A stretch of DNA of 64,000 nucleotides, taken from NCBI GenBank assembly GCA_004764695.1, contig SMSO01000036.1, forward strand, positions 1,240,001 through 1,304,000, in the 5' to 3' direction. The notes below the pieces were generated by a model, which did not search any database, was not told the origin of the DNA, and saw only the letters and a program-made list of their open reading frames with translations. The position numbers and the translations under genes are program-made. Position 1 is the first letter of the stretch. Every line of letters begins with the position of its first letter. Of the stretch, positions 1-11,363 are shown piece after piece. The stretch is from Schizochytrium sp. TIO01. Taxonomy: Eukaryota; Protista; Bigyra: Labyrinthulomycetes.

Positions 1-2113
1 CTTTCAAGAAGATGTCCGCAAGGTTGTGCGTGTTCAAGCGTCAATGCGTTCATTTATTGCCCGTACAAAATATACGCAAGTGCGGCATATTACTATTCAA
101 TTGCAGAGTTTGGTGCGTGGCCACATGACTCGTTTTGAGCTTGCTAGAAAGGCAGCCGCTGCGACAATGGTGCAGAGCTTGGTCCGAGGTGTTCAAGCAC
201 GGCAAATGTGCAGCGCTAAGCTTGCATCCATTGTGAGATTGCAAGCCGCGGCACGTCGCTTCAACGCTGAGAGAATTCTTCATAAAGCACGCTCCTGTGC
301 AGTCCAAATTCAAGCTGCTCAACGTTGCTGGAATGCTTCGCTTATGTTTGCTGAGGTTCGCCGGAGTGTTTGTATCACCCAAAGCGTTGTGCGCATGTGG
401 TTGTGTCGTCGCAATCTTGCTCAGAAACACGACGCGAGTATTCGTATTCAGGCAGCTTGGCGTGCATCGAAGGACCAGCAGCATTTCCGTCAGGCATTGC
501 GCAAGGTCACATCAATTCAAAGCTTTGTCCGAGGTTATCAAGTTCGTCACATTTTTGTGATCGTTCGCTCCGCTGCTATCGCATGCCAGGCTGCTACACG
601 AATGTTCTCACAAAAGCGTGCATACCAGGCTCAGCGCGAGGCGGCTATTCATGCACAGTCTTTATACAGAGGTCACGTAGTCAGGCGCGAGATTGTTCGA
701 ATGCAAGAGTGCGCCACGCGTATCCAAGCATGGGTGCGTGGCCAGCGTGAGCTCATTGCATACAAGAATACAATTGCTGCTGTTGTTTGCCTACAGGCTC
801 ACATCCGCGGACGTCAATGCCGCACTTCCATGGCGCATGAAGACATCGCTGCTACGAAGGTGCAGGCGTTTGTTCGGATGACTCTTGCTCGAGCAAACTA
901 CTATCGCTCAATTCGACAAGTTGTCATAGTTCAATCATTTGCGCGCCAGATCTTGGCATCGAAACGTGCTCATGCTCGTTTTACGAATGTTGTGAAGGTG
1001 CAGTCTGTCTGGCGCCGTGCTCTCGTAGTTCGCGCATCTGCTAAGGAGTATTATGCTGCGGTTCAAATTCAGGCTCTTGTTAGACGTGTAATGGCCCGTC
1101 GTGCTGCACGAGCGAAGCTTGCTGCTATTGTCCGAATTCAGACAATTGGTCGAATGATTGTCGCTCGCAACGCTGGGGAGCGAAAGCTTCACTTGATCGT
1201 CCAGCTTCAAGCTATGTATCGTGGCAACTGTGCACGAAGAAAGCTTGCAGGTCTTGTAGGAGGCATCGTATGCGCTCAAAGCTTGGTTCGGATGCAGCAA
1301 GCCAAGCGCAACTTTCTTGCGCAACGCGCTGCTGCGTGTAAGATTCAGCGGTTCGGGCGGAAACACTGCTTTGCACACCTGGCGCAAATTCGCTCTTACA
1401 TCAAGTTCCAGGCAGCTTATCGAGGCTGGAAGGTGCGCCAGTCCACCTCAAAGGATCTTCTTCGCATTCGCCGCAGGATCGCCGCTGCACGTGACAAGGC
1501 TACTGGTAATATGACTTTGGGAGCACGCACTACCTCCGCGCTTTCATGGTTGCTTGAAAGTAATAATCTTGGGGCAATTCGGAAAGCATGCGAAGAGCTC
1601 GAGGTGTCAACTAGATACCCTCAGACAGCAGAGCTTCTGCTCAACTCAACTGCACCAGATGTGCTCTTTGCCTTAGTGCATTCCTGCAACCGAAGTTTGC
1701 CGCATCAAAAGTTGCTAGAAATTGCTCTTCACATTCTTATTCAAGTTGCCAAACATGACCGCAAACGCAATTACGAGCGACTTTTTGCCAACAAGGCAGC
1801 AAGCGCAAGCTCCATTCTAGATCTCTTGCAAATGTTCCGAGATCAGGTACACATTTTTGCGCATGCTCTCTCACTTTTATGTTGCTTTTGCTCTGACTCT
1901 AGTCGGGCTATCAACTACATTGTTGATGACCACGAGCTTCAGAGGCGTCTGCATCAGATTGAGAACATCATGCGTCGTAAGTGTGATATCAGTAAGCAAC
2001 ATCGTTCTGGCCGTCCCAGTGCTGTAAAGACAGAGCGACAGAAGAAGGAACAACTCGAATTTAGGCAGCATGCCAAGCTCAAGCGATTGTTGGATGAGCT
2101 AGATCAGTACTAA
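1..2113 (+). CDS. ASPM: Abnormal spindle-like microcephaly protein homolog (ASPM/Asp), C-terminal part; 5'-truncated by the window edge
   Basis: Frame is open from the window start. About 20 IQ-like motifs (e.g. IQAWVRG, LQAHIRG, FQAAYRG) are followed by the ASPM-type C-terminal helical region (LGARTTSALSWLL ... SCNRSLPH). Stop TAA at 2111-2113. Confidence 0.85.
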   Translation, partial: FQEDVRKVVRVQASMRSFIARTKYTQVRHITIQLQSLVRGHMTRFELARKAAAATMVQSLVRGVQARQMCSAKLASIVRLQAAARRFNAERILHKARSCAVQIQAAQRCWNASLMFAEVRRSVCITQSVVRMWLCRRNLAQKHDASIRIQAAWRASKDQQHFRQALRKVTSIQSFVRGYQVRHIFVIVRSAAIACQAATRMFSQKRAYQAQREAAIHAQSLYRGHVVRREIVRMQECATRIQAWVRGQRELIAYKNTIAAVVCLQAHIRGRQCRTSMAHEDIAATKVQAFVRMTLARANYYRSIRQVVIVQSFARQILASKRAHARFTNVVKVQSVWRRALVVRASAKEYYAAVQIQALVRRVMARRAARAKLAAIVRIQTIGRMIVARNAGERKLHLIVQLQAMYRGNCARRKLAGLVGGIVCAQSLVRMQQAKRNFLAQRAAACKIQRFGRKHCFAHLAQIRSYIKFQAAYRGWKVRQSTSKDLLRIRRRIAAARDKATGNMTLGARTTSALSWLLESNNLGAIRKACEELEVSTRYPQTAELLLNSTAPDVLFALVHSCNRSLPHQKLLEIALHILIQVAKHDRKRNYERLFANKAASASSILDLLQMFRDQVHIFAHALSLLCCFCSDSSRAINYIVDDHELQRRLHQIENIMRRKCDISKQHRSGRPSAVKTERQKKEQLEFRQHAKLKRLLDELDQY

Positions 2114-2380
2114 AGGTACCGAATTTCCATTTTAAAATACAACTAAGGACAAGGCCTCTGTTCGACAAGAAGAAAACTGTTTCTTTTCTTTTTTTAAAAT
2201 CGTTCTACAAAGATTAGATTGTATTATAGAAATAAAGTTATTCATCAATTTTCATTCCTATACTGAAAAACTTAATTCTCTTGACTTAATTTTTAGATCT
2301 GGTTAAAGCGAGGGAATGTGAGAGAGTATGGAACATCGAATATTCGCGGTATGTCATGTACAGGTCGAACAAGAAGATAG

Positions 2381-3518
2381 CTAGGGGGAACACGCAAACA
2401 GATATCCGTGGCGGTCATAAAAGGAAGCCCCGATCACGTAGTCTTCGGTCTGTCCTTGTACATGCAACCAATCTGCGCCATATCCAAGTGATTCCCATCG
2501 ACCAGGGGTGAATCCCTCATTATAAAATTGAGTAATCCTGATCTCCTCAGACGTGACCTTCATGTCGAGAAAGCCAGATCGCATGGTGGCAGACAAAAGC
2601 CTATCATCATCTGTTGGATGCCACTTGAGTCGCCACACACCACCTTCAGTATCTAAAGGCGCCACCGTAGGCTCCTTCAGGTTGCGTCGATCCCAGAGAC
2701 GAATGCGGCTGTCATAGGAGCCCGTGACGAACACGTTGGGCTTTCGAGGATGAAATTGAGTACTGCAAACGCCTGCATCGTGTTGAGTACATGTAGCAAT
2801 TGGCATGCTGCCTCCTACACGTAAGTCCCAAACCTTCAATTTACCTTCATCTGCACCACTGATTAAGACATTTGGATCAAAGCAGTCAAAAGCAGTAATC
2901 CATACTTCTGCCGGAGCAGGTCCAGGGTAGGCGTGCGCTGACCAAGGAGTCAACTATATCGAGGGTAGATTCACGTACAGCAATGATCGAAAGCTTGCCG
3001 TCCGACCGACTGACGGCGAGTTGAGTTTCCCCAGGCGCACATCCAGCACGATCATTCCAATCTAGTGATAAGGCAAAACATGGTTCTCCATCATCTTCGT
3101 CCTCATCTTTGAGCTGGACTCCTGCAGTAGGCTTTGATTTACCCAAGGCCCCAATGTTGCGGATTTGGCAAGTGCCATCCGCATGTGCCGAGGCGAGAAA
3201 GCTGCCTTCTGCATTCCACTTAATGTCAAAAACACCGGCAAGTTCTTCAAGATCTGCTTTGGGTGTCAATACAGGTTTATGGTCTTCAGTTTCGGTGAGT
3301 GTACAAGGTACGATTTGGCCTCGACGTACGTTTGTTGTTTTGTCAAGTTCATAGGTTGCCAAGGCCAGCGCAACGGTCTCACCATCGAGTGGCGCTCCGT
3401 TGGCGAGAGGTCTCCTCTCGGCACAGTCTGCGCAGTGAGTAAGGTCAAGACGTTGCCGCAAACAAAGAGTCTCAGCCATATTAGTCGAGTCTCCTACGGC
3501 TTCCGTTTTGTCACTCAT
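2381..3518 (-). CDS. DPH7: Diphthine methylesterase DPH7/WDR85 (WD40 protein), reading frame interrupted by one extra base at ~2944-2945
   Basis: ORF 2886-3518 (TYELDK..RRG, GVFDIKW, ALSLDW, SRSDGKLS) and ORF 2381-2953 (AEVWITAFD, SGADEGKLKVWDLR, HDAGVCS, TGSYD, GGVWRLKWHP, ESLGYGADW) are the two halves of a DPH7-like protein. Removing one base gives ...LDIVDSWSAH... and a continuous ~378-aa ORF. Confidence 0.8.
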
Positions 3519-4059
3519 CGTCTCGCTTGCCGCACTACACGAGCGCGATTTTTAGCTCCAACTGCGATTCGTTTTTACTCGCCATCCGTCCATTCATTAA
3601 ATGGGTGTGGTAAATCATGACCAGAGTTGAAATATAGCTGGAAATCTTTATAATATTATGCTATGTGTATCTCAAATGGAAGGGTGCGACCTGATTGCTT
3701 AGCTTTTGCGATGGGGGGAAACTTGGTTTGGTTAACTACTACGAGATGGTATTCATGAGGGTAATCAAGTCAAGTGTAATGATTATTTAAAGGAGGCATC
3801 TCTGTTTTTTTCAAGAAAGCATGAAAGAAAAAAAGAAGAGAAAAAAGAAGAGCATCAAAATTGAAATGCAATCTATCGAGCTCAAAAGCCCTGGAGAATG
3901 CTACGTCACCTTCTTCAGCAAAAGCAAAGCAGCAACTAACCTATTCAGCAAGCCGAAGGGGCGATGGAAAGTAGTGGTAAAACGAAAAAGGGAGGACCAA
4001 GGTCCCCGTGTATGAGTTGATTTATTAGGTTGTAGAGAAGCATATATGAGGAAACAAAA

Positions 4060-6570
4060 TTACTCTTCGTCAGAGGACATTTCCATGTCTTCGACAAGAT
4101 CATCCTCATCGACTAGTTTAAGAACCTTCTTCTTGTTCTTCGTGGCAGAGGGCTTTTGCGTAGTCTGCTTGCCCTTCTTGGTCTTGGTAACCTTTTCTTC
4201 TTCTTCTTCTTCCTCTTCTTCGGAGTCATCTTCGTCGCCTTCGTCTTCGGAGTCGCCTTCCTCCATGACAGCATCCTCACCTTCACTGTCGCCTTCCTCT
4301 TCGCTCTCATCCTCGGCTCCCTCGGATGCTTCAGATGCCTCAGCACCGGAGCTCTCAGCGGGTTCCTCGATGGTCTGGTTTTCAGTAATGTTGGCTTGAG
4401 CACGTGCCTCGTCCTCCTCGACGGACATAAAAGCGTTAATGCGTTCCACATTGGACGGGGCAAATGTCGATTTCTCGCGTTTCTGCTTCACGGTCTCTAC
4501 CCAGGCTTCAATCTTAGAGATAGCACCCTTGATGTCATCACGCGCACGCGGCAACTTGGACTTACGGCGAAAAGCACGCAAGGCAGCGAGGATGGGGAAT
4601 GCAATCTCAGGGAAGCCGATGGAGAAGCGGTAGCAGTCGAGGTAACGCTCAATGAGCTCAACTGCACGACGAACGAGCGCGTGTTGAGCAGGAGCTGAAG
4701 CGAGTGCGTTCTTGTTAAGGTAGAGCACTTCATCGAGGTTGGGTTCCTTCGCCATAGTGGCCTGGGGCGCACGCTCGCGCAATTCGGCGCAGGCAAAGAC
4801 ATCGAGCAAAATAGGTCCTATGGGGATAAAGTGGCGAGAGGATCGACCCAAGTTGATGAGAACAGCGGCGCAGTGGAATCGAACCGGGAAGTTACGCGAA
4901 GCAGGCGAAAGGCGGATAGTGCCTACAATGATCTGAATCAGAGGGTAAATAAGAGAGCGAAGTTGGTGATCTTCCGGGGTCGTTTTGGCGCCCTTCTCAT
5001 CAGCCTTGGGGGTACCCGGGTATGAGCTAAGAACAACGCCCCAAAGACGAAGACAGTGGATGAATTGCCAACCATAAACTCCACGCGTAGACTCGGTTGT
5101 CTTTGAGATGACGGCAGCACGCAAGTGCAGTGCGAGTTGGCGAATGTACACAAAGGCGAGCTGGTAGGTGACGCTGAGATCAATTCCGAACAGGTCAACT
5201 AAGCACTTGGCCTGCATAGCAATACGCGTGGCTTCCTGGGCAGAATTGTGCTTGGAACCACGCACGAACTCGAGGTATGTGGGCTTGAGGATTTCGGGGA
5301 GCATCTTCGCTGTGGTTTCTGTAGAAAGTCTCCTCAAGGAAGCGAAGGCGAGAAGACGCACACGGTCGGAGGTACGGCTAGCACCCCACTTTGCAATGAG
5401 AGTCTTAACGAACTTGCGCACAACCTTACCAGGGAAGGTGGCGATGTAAATTCCAAAGGCAGGCAAACGGCGGTACATGAAAATCTGCATATCCTCGGAG
5501 TTAGCCGTGTTGAGGAGCTGGACGACGGCGGCCAAGAACTTGTACACAAGCTTTTCGACCTTGCCCCACTTAGCGTGCGACTTGACGATCTTGCGGCGGC
5601 CCTCGACCTTAGGACGCTGCAGCTCAATGTGGTTATCGATAGCATCAGCAAGACGAGACATGGCAATCCGAATGATGCGCTCCTTCACAAGCTCGTTAGT
5701 GATCTTGTACTCAGAGCTCTTAGGCTTTTCATCGCCTTCAGGAGTGCTCTTCTCGGCTGCGACAAAGGCAAAGAGCGTGATCATAGTTTTGAGAGTGGCA
5801 CGTGTGGGCTTGGACTTCTGTAGGTCCTTATCCAGGGAGCGCAGAAAGTTGAATGTCACAAGGGTCTTGCCATTAGAAGTTTTTCCATCCTTCTTCTCAA
5901 CAGGTTTGGCATCTTCTTCCTCGCTCTCACCTTCTTCGTCGCCAGATTCCTCTTCCTGGCCAAAGGTAAGCAGGCCAGCATCTTCCTCCTGAAGGTATTT
6001 GTAGAACTCCGGGTCCTGCTCTTTGAGAGCCTCTAATTCAGCCTTGTGTGTTTCCTCGTCCTCAGACTCATCCTCTTCTTGATCTTCCTCCTCGTCTTCA
6101 GATTCGTCTTCGTCTTGGTCCTCAGCGGCCTCACCTTCGTCTTCGCTGTCGCTATCCTCAGCATCGCCCTTGAATCCTCCTGCCAGAAAATCTTCGATGC
6201 TCATGGATCCATTGATGGCGTTTTTGTTTTGGTCAAGATCATCTTCGACCTCTTCATCGTCCTCGTTTTTAATGGCCTTTCCGGTTTTCTCGTCGAAGAG
6301 CTTGCGCTGCTTGGTCTCGGCAGCAGGGCCCTTAGCCTTGGCACCATTTTCAGAAGGTGACCGCTTACGTTTCTTGAACTCCTTTGCAATCAGGGACTGC
6401 ACAGATGGGTTTCCTGACTTTTTGCGAGAGTTATCAAGAGCTCTGGCGGCTTTGCTGGTCTTGGTCAAGCTCTTGGACTTGAGGCCACTCGCCACAACAT
6501 CAGTGTTGCCAGAAGCCTTCTGCTTCTTGGCAAACTTCTGAATAAGCTTCTTCGTCTGCTTGCGGCCCAT
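4060..6570 (-). CDS. NOC2: Nucleolar complex protein 2 homolog (NOC2/NOC2L), 60S biogenesis
   Basis: 836 aa. Motifs LKEQDPEFYKYL, YQLAFVYIRQLALHLR, VYGWQFIHCLRLW, LIYPLIQI, FPVRFH and IGFPE, with acidic N- and C-terminal tracts. Confidence 0.92.
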   Translation of the reverse strand: MGRKQTKKLIQKFAKKQKASGNTDVVASGLKSKSLTKTSKAARALDNSRKKSGNPSVQSLIAKEFKKRKRSPSENGAKAKGPAAETKQRKLFDEKTGKAIKNEDDEEVEDDLDQNKNAINGSMSIEDFLAGGFKGDAEDSDSEDEGEAAEDQDEDESEDEEEDQEEDESEDEETHKAELEALKEQDPEFYKYLQEEDAGLLTFGQEEESGDEEGESEEEDAKPVEKKDGKTSNGKTLVTFNFLRSLDKDLQKSKPTRATLKTMITLFAFVAAEKSTPEGDEKPKSSEYKITNELVKERIIRIAMSRLADAIDNHIELQRPKVEGRRKIVKSHAKWGKVEKLVYKFLAAVVQLLNTANSEDMQIFMYRRLPAFGIYIATFPGKVVRKFVKTLIAKWGASRTSDRVRLLAFASLRRLSTETTAKMLPEILKPTYLEFVRGSKHNSAQEATRIAMQAKCLVDLFGIDLSVTYQLAFVYIRQLALHLRAAVISKTTESTRGVYGWQFIHCLRLWGVVLSSYPGTPKADEKGAKTTPEDHQLRSLIYPLIQIIVGTIRLSPASRNFPVRFHCAAVLINLGRSSRHFIPIGPILLDVFACAELRERAPQATMAKEPNLDEVLYLNKNALASAPAQHALVRRAVELIERYLDCYRFSIGFPEIAFPILAALRAFRRKSKLPRARDDIKGAISKIEAWVETVKQKREKSTFAPSNVERINAFMSVEEDEARAQANITENQTIEEPAESSGAEASEASEGAEDESEEEGDSEGEDAVMEEGDSEDEGDEDDSEEEEEEEEEKVTKTKKGKQTTQKPSATKNKKKVLKLVDEDDLVEDMEMSSDEE

Positions 6571-8973
6571 CGTGCCTCAGACAATATCGAACTCGATCGA
6601 CTCCGACCCTAAACCGAGTTTCTCTCGGTCTCGAACCAAAGCCCAGCCAGTTCTCGCACTACTTTCCACATCCACTTGCTCACCCAGAATCAGGCGCCAC
6701 CTCCGCCACCACCCACCTCCACGGACCCGCATACCTCCTTAACTGCGCAACACATTTTCAACCATAACTCCTACTTCCACCTTAAATCTCCCGGTGCCCA
6801 GCCATTCCTTCTTTCGCCAAAAGAAGGACCAAGGTTGGAGGTGCTATAGTTTAACCTAGTAATGGCTCAAGTCTCCCTTGCTTCTTGTTTTCCTAAGAGT
6901 ACTTAACACAGTTCTGCTCGTTTTTAATTTTCACTTGCGAATTGGTCCCGGTTTGGGGTGAGCGTGAAATGAGTTTTAGACAGAGCATCGCAGTTTTGTG
7001 CGACAGTTGTACTTAGAATCCAGGCTCCCGAGGATGACTCATATAAACATTGCATGAACTTGATGGGCTCTGTAGAGGGTGCAGTGAATGGTGAGATGGG
7101 ACAAGAAAAAACACGAGGGAGCGTAGTATTACAAGATAACCAGCCTCATCGTACTAATTTAAAGCCAACCGGAATTGGATAAAGAAGTAAGATTGCTAAG
7201 TTCTTAAATGAAAATCGCCGTTTGAAATAAGTAAATAAACTTGCTGGGACCAGATCAAGTATTAGTTCATTGCTCAAGCGTAAACTCGATAAATGCGGGA
7301 GAAGTATTTACGAAACGTCTTTAGACACCGAAGTAGATAGAAATTGAAAATCATACAGAAGGTCAAACGTTTTGCCTACTCACCCTTTTAGGACAATTTG
7401 TCATTATTATGCAAATTGAGCGTTGTACCTTGACCTGTTCTTCAACCCTGTTTCTTTTTTCTTCAATGAATGCACGGTATCACCCTGTCCCATTCTAAAG
7501 TGCCCTGCTCTAGAATGTACCAGTCCTGCAAACAAGCATTATTTCAACAATGAAAATTACGAGGCTTACTATCCAATCGGGATTTCAATTGGTTTTTCAA
7601 TATATTTCAACCAATTCCCAGCCATAAAGACCATGAATGAGTACCCTTAAAACCGAGATTCTGTACGTTTTAACTCACCAACAAGCAAGATCGAAATTCA
7701 TAGAACAGAGTCAAGGAAAATAGGTTGTGTCAAAAATGGTTGCATAATTTAACACAAGAGTTTACTTTGAGAGCATTCGCACCAGCTCGGTCTCGACCCA
7801 ACAATAAAACCGTCTCAAACTCAATATTTCACATGATTCCTATTCGCTCGCCACAGCGTACTGTTTGAGGATAATGTTAATCATAAGTCGTTACAATGTG
7901 CTTTTAGTCTTAAAAACTATGTTTAACTACCTCGAGAAGCACGCGTAACTGCACAGCTCTGAATCTTCACTTCAAAGATTTATTAGGAAAATGAAGGCCA
8001 TAGTTTTAAAAAACCTGTATCTCCCATGTCCAAATTCTATATCTCGGCAAGGCTCAGTCTCCCAACATATACGTATTAGACCTCTTCCTGTTAGGTATTG
8101 ACGCCTTCTGTATACTTCAAGACAAAGCTTCTAAGAAGAACCAAACACACTCAAGAAGGGGGCGCTCTTTTCGTAACAGCGGGTTGCCGTACAATCTTCA
8201 AATTCACGCACTGAACGTTCTCCATTTAACGAAACTGTGTCTAATATCAATATCTTTACTTCAGGAGACCCTATCACAGATACAACTTCTGCAGAAACTA
8301 TCCATCATAGCAGCGCCTGATATATTCCTCACAAAGCTGTCCCGTATAAGTCATTCTCTAATCTAACATCTTCTAGCCCAAGCTACATTTCAGTGAAGGG
8401 TTAAGTATCCGCTAGCGATCACTACAGTTGTGAAACTTTACGAGGAAAATAAAGTAGAGCAAAAAAAAAGTAAAGCGACTCCAGTCCTTCATCCTAATAG
8501 TCACTCCCACTCCGGAAGCTCTGGAGTAGCCTGGCAGCGGTGTCGAGCCTAGACCGCATTCAACTCTTCTGTGCACATTTCAGGCATTGGCCTGGGGGTG
8601 TGACGACTTCCTGCGGTGCCTCCTAGCAAATCCACCGTGCGTCACGGTCATTGAACCTGAAGGTGGTCTCATCGCAGCTATTTGTCATACGTAACAGATA
8701 ATACAACGCTGTGTCGAAAGACTCTGGGCTAGATTCTCCCTGAAAGCCTTGAGCAAAGCACTTGGTAGTCGAATTGGAAAGCGTGGAGCGCGGCACCTTC
8801 GCAAGAACCGTAGAAGAAGTTTACTCAGAGGAAACAGTGAGTGGTGTCTTTCCGCGTGATTTGACTAGGTCAGGATTAGCCAGGCTGGTTTTGTACTTCT
8901 GGTGGAACTCCTCAGCCAACGCTCCTGAGCTTATTCAGGGTACGATTGACGACCTTCAAAAGGCTGCAGAGAA

Positions 8974-10149
8974 ATGTCCGACGATCAAAATGCGAATATC
9001 CTGCGGGCCATGCAACGCAAAACGAAAGAAAACAGGTTCTGCTTTGAGTGTGGTGAACGCGGGCCTAGCTACGTCTGCCTTAACTTTAACACATTCGTGT
9101 GTACCAGCTGCAGCGGCATATTGCGCGAGTTTAGCTATCGCGTCAAAGGTATTAGTATGAGTACATTTACTGATGAAGAAATGGCTCAGATTCGCGATGG
9201 TGGTAACGCTAAGGCAAGGAGCATCTGGCTTGCAAAGCACAAATCCAAAGATTTCCCTGAGCCTACACCTGGGCAACGCGATGCCATTCGCAAGTTTATC
9301 ATGTACAAGTACCAGGATAAACGGTGGTACAAGAGTAGTGGAAGTAAAAAGAAGAAGCAAGTCATTTCTGAGTCCGAATCCGAAGAAAGCTCCTCCTCTT
9401 CTTCAAGTGACTCTGATGACTCCGAAGAGGAACGCCGTCGCGCTGAGGCAAAGGCCCGTAAAAAGGCTGCTAAGAAGGCTGCCAAAAAGGAATTGAAAAA
9501 GTCAAAGAAAACTAAGAAGAAATCAAAAGCAGCCTCGGATTCCAGCTCATCGGAATCTGAAGATGAAACGGAAACTTCGTTCCGCGCCCCGCCCACCCGG
9601 GATATTAAAGATATCATGCCAAACGCACCTAAGCTTGTTATAGGAGGTCCATCTTCATCAGGCGCTACAGGAGTAAGGGCGCCCACGGCTGCTTTGAGCA
9701 AACCCCCTGCCACACAAAGGTCTGATGCAGAGATATTTGGTTTTGATCTCTTTGCGGCCCCGTCGGGAGGACCTCGTGCACTTCCTCGTAGCTTTGCGCG
9801 AAGTGATGACCCTCAAACCATGCCAACGTCTGCTCCTGTACCAGTACAGGCGGCAATGCCAGTTTCTTCAGCTGAGGCTGAAGTTGACTTTGGAGATTGG
9901 GATGCATTTGAAGAAGCTCCGTCAGCCACTTCTCAGGTCCATCCATCAGCACCTCCCCAACAGCACCCGGCCCAAGAGACATCGCGACAGGTACCTGCAA
10001 ATAGCTTTTCATCGGCGGGTTCTGACTTTGGAGACTTTGCTGAAGCTTTCCCGACACAGCAGCCAAGTCAGGTGATGCATAGCCAAGTCCAAGGATCACA
10101 AACAAACGATTTTTTTTCCATGCCACAGCAGCAGCAGCAGCAGCAGCCG

Positions 10150-10180
<31 letters not shown>

Positions 10181-11166
10181 CTCAGCACTCTGGACAGCTT
10201 GGCTATGCTCAACCTAGTGTGGGTGACTCCACTTTTATGAATGGGGCAAATGGCAATTCTGCCCACAGAAATGATTCTGCAAATGGAACAACTGTCCTTG
10301 ATGATCCCTTCGCAGCACTTACTTTCGAGGCAACTTCTTCAATGGCGCCGTCAAAGCCGCAAGCTCATTTAACTCAACAGTATCCACACCACCCTGAGGT
10401 TCACCACACCTCTGCCCCTCAAGTATTGCACCAGCAATTTGGTTATCAATCTCAACATGTACCTGAACAACAGGGCTTTCAGACTTCCCAAGGTGGTCAT
10501 ATGCCACGCCGCAACTCTGATGCATCATTCGGTAGCTTTGGAAATGTATCTTCCAGCTCAAACATACACCCACAGGCTGAGGTAGCCCACCCGTCGCAGC
10601 ATATTGTAGCATCATCTGCAGAATTTTCATTTGATGAGTTTGCTCCTGCTGCTCAATCCATTCCACAATCTTCTGAGTGGATTCAAAATGGCGGAGCTCA
10701 TATGCAGCAACCTTTGCAACAGCAGCCTTTGCACCATCAACCTCTGCAGCAACAACCCCCGCAGCAACAACAGCCTTCCCAACTTTCTCGGAAAGATTCA
10801 GAATCTTCATTCGGAAGTTTTGGTGAGGCTGCATTTACACCCGCACCGCCAAAACAAGAGGACTCGAAAACAAACACCCCACAATACGACTTCTTCGGAA
10901 TGCCTCAGCAACAGCAACAACAGCAGCAGGCAGGTTCTCAATTTCCCGGAATGCAAAGCCAACAAGACCCGACAGCTTCGTACGGGTTTCCTCAAAACGG
11001 CAACAATATGCAGATCCCGCAGCAGCAACCTCAGCAAATGCATTTCCAGGCACAGCCGCAGCAGCAGCAACAACAATTTGACTTTTTCAGCGAGTCTGCC
11101 AAACCGCAAGCGTCGAGCCAGAGCGCGAACAAGCCTCCAGAGGGCAATCCATTTGATCTCTTTTAA
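8974..11166 (+). CDS. ArfGAP-domain protein of the AGFG/Hrb type with a low-complexity Q-rich tail
   Basis: N-terminal CFEC-x16-CTSC zinc finger and RVKGISMSTFT ... GGNAKARSIWL ... FIMYKYQDKRW. The disordered tail has DPF, FGDW/FGDF and a terminal NPF (GNPFDLF). Confidence 0.88.
10126..10179 (+). repeat. (CAG)n-CCG-(CAA)n polyglutamine-coding tract inside the ArfGAP gene
   Basis: cagcagcag...ccgcaacaacaa... read directly; encodes Q7-P-Q10. Confidence 0.9.
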
Positions 11167-11363
11167 TGCAGAGAGGATATTATGCCTGATAAATTTTAAA
11201 GTAGCCAAGCAAGGGACAACAATTAGTGCGTTAAACTCTTGTCTTCGTGCATCGAGTACTAGATGAATCAAGGAACTATCAATTGACATATACTTTTACA
11301 CTAACTATTTGGAATACATTTATGCAATATGCGTATTAGTATTTCTTACCCTTACATGCCGAG

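Noticed and set aside
2954-2978. A 25-nt GT-AG micro-intron (GTACGT...ATAG, minus strand) that would restore the DPH7 frame
   Set aside because: It fits arithmetically, but it would delete VRESTLDIVDS, which matches the length expected before W-x-A-H in DPH7. No other micro-introns are evident in the window. A 1-nt indel is more parsimonious.
4046-6541. Many + strand ORFs antisense to NOC2 (and similar shadows over ASPM, ArfGAP, ABCC and the receptors)
   Set aside because: Shadow frames of strongly biased coding sequence, with no independent motifs.
8762-9160. 132-aa ORF overlapping the ArfGAP start
   Set aside because: Non-ATG start, out-of-frame overlap with the conserved zinc finger, and no recognisable motif.
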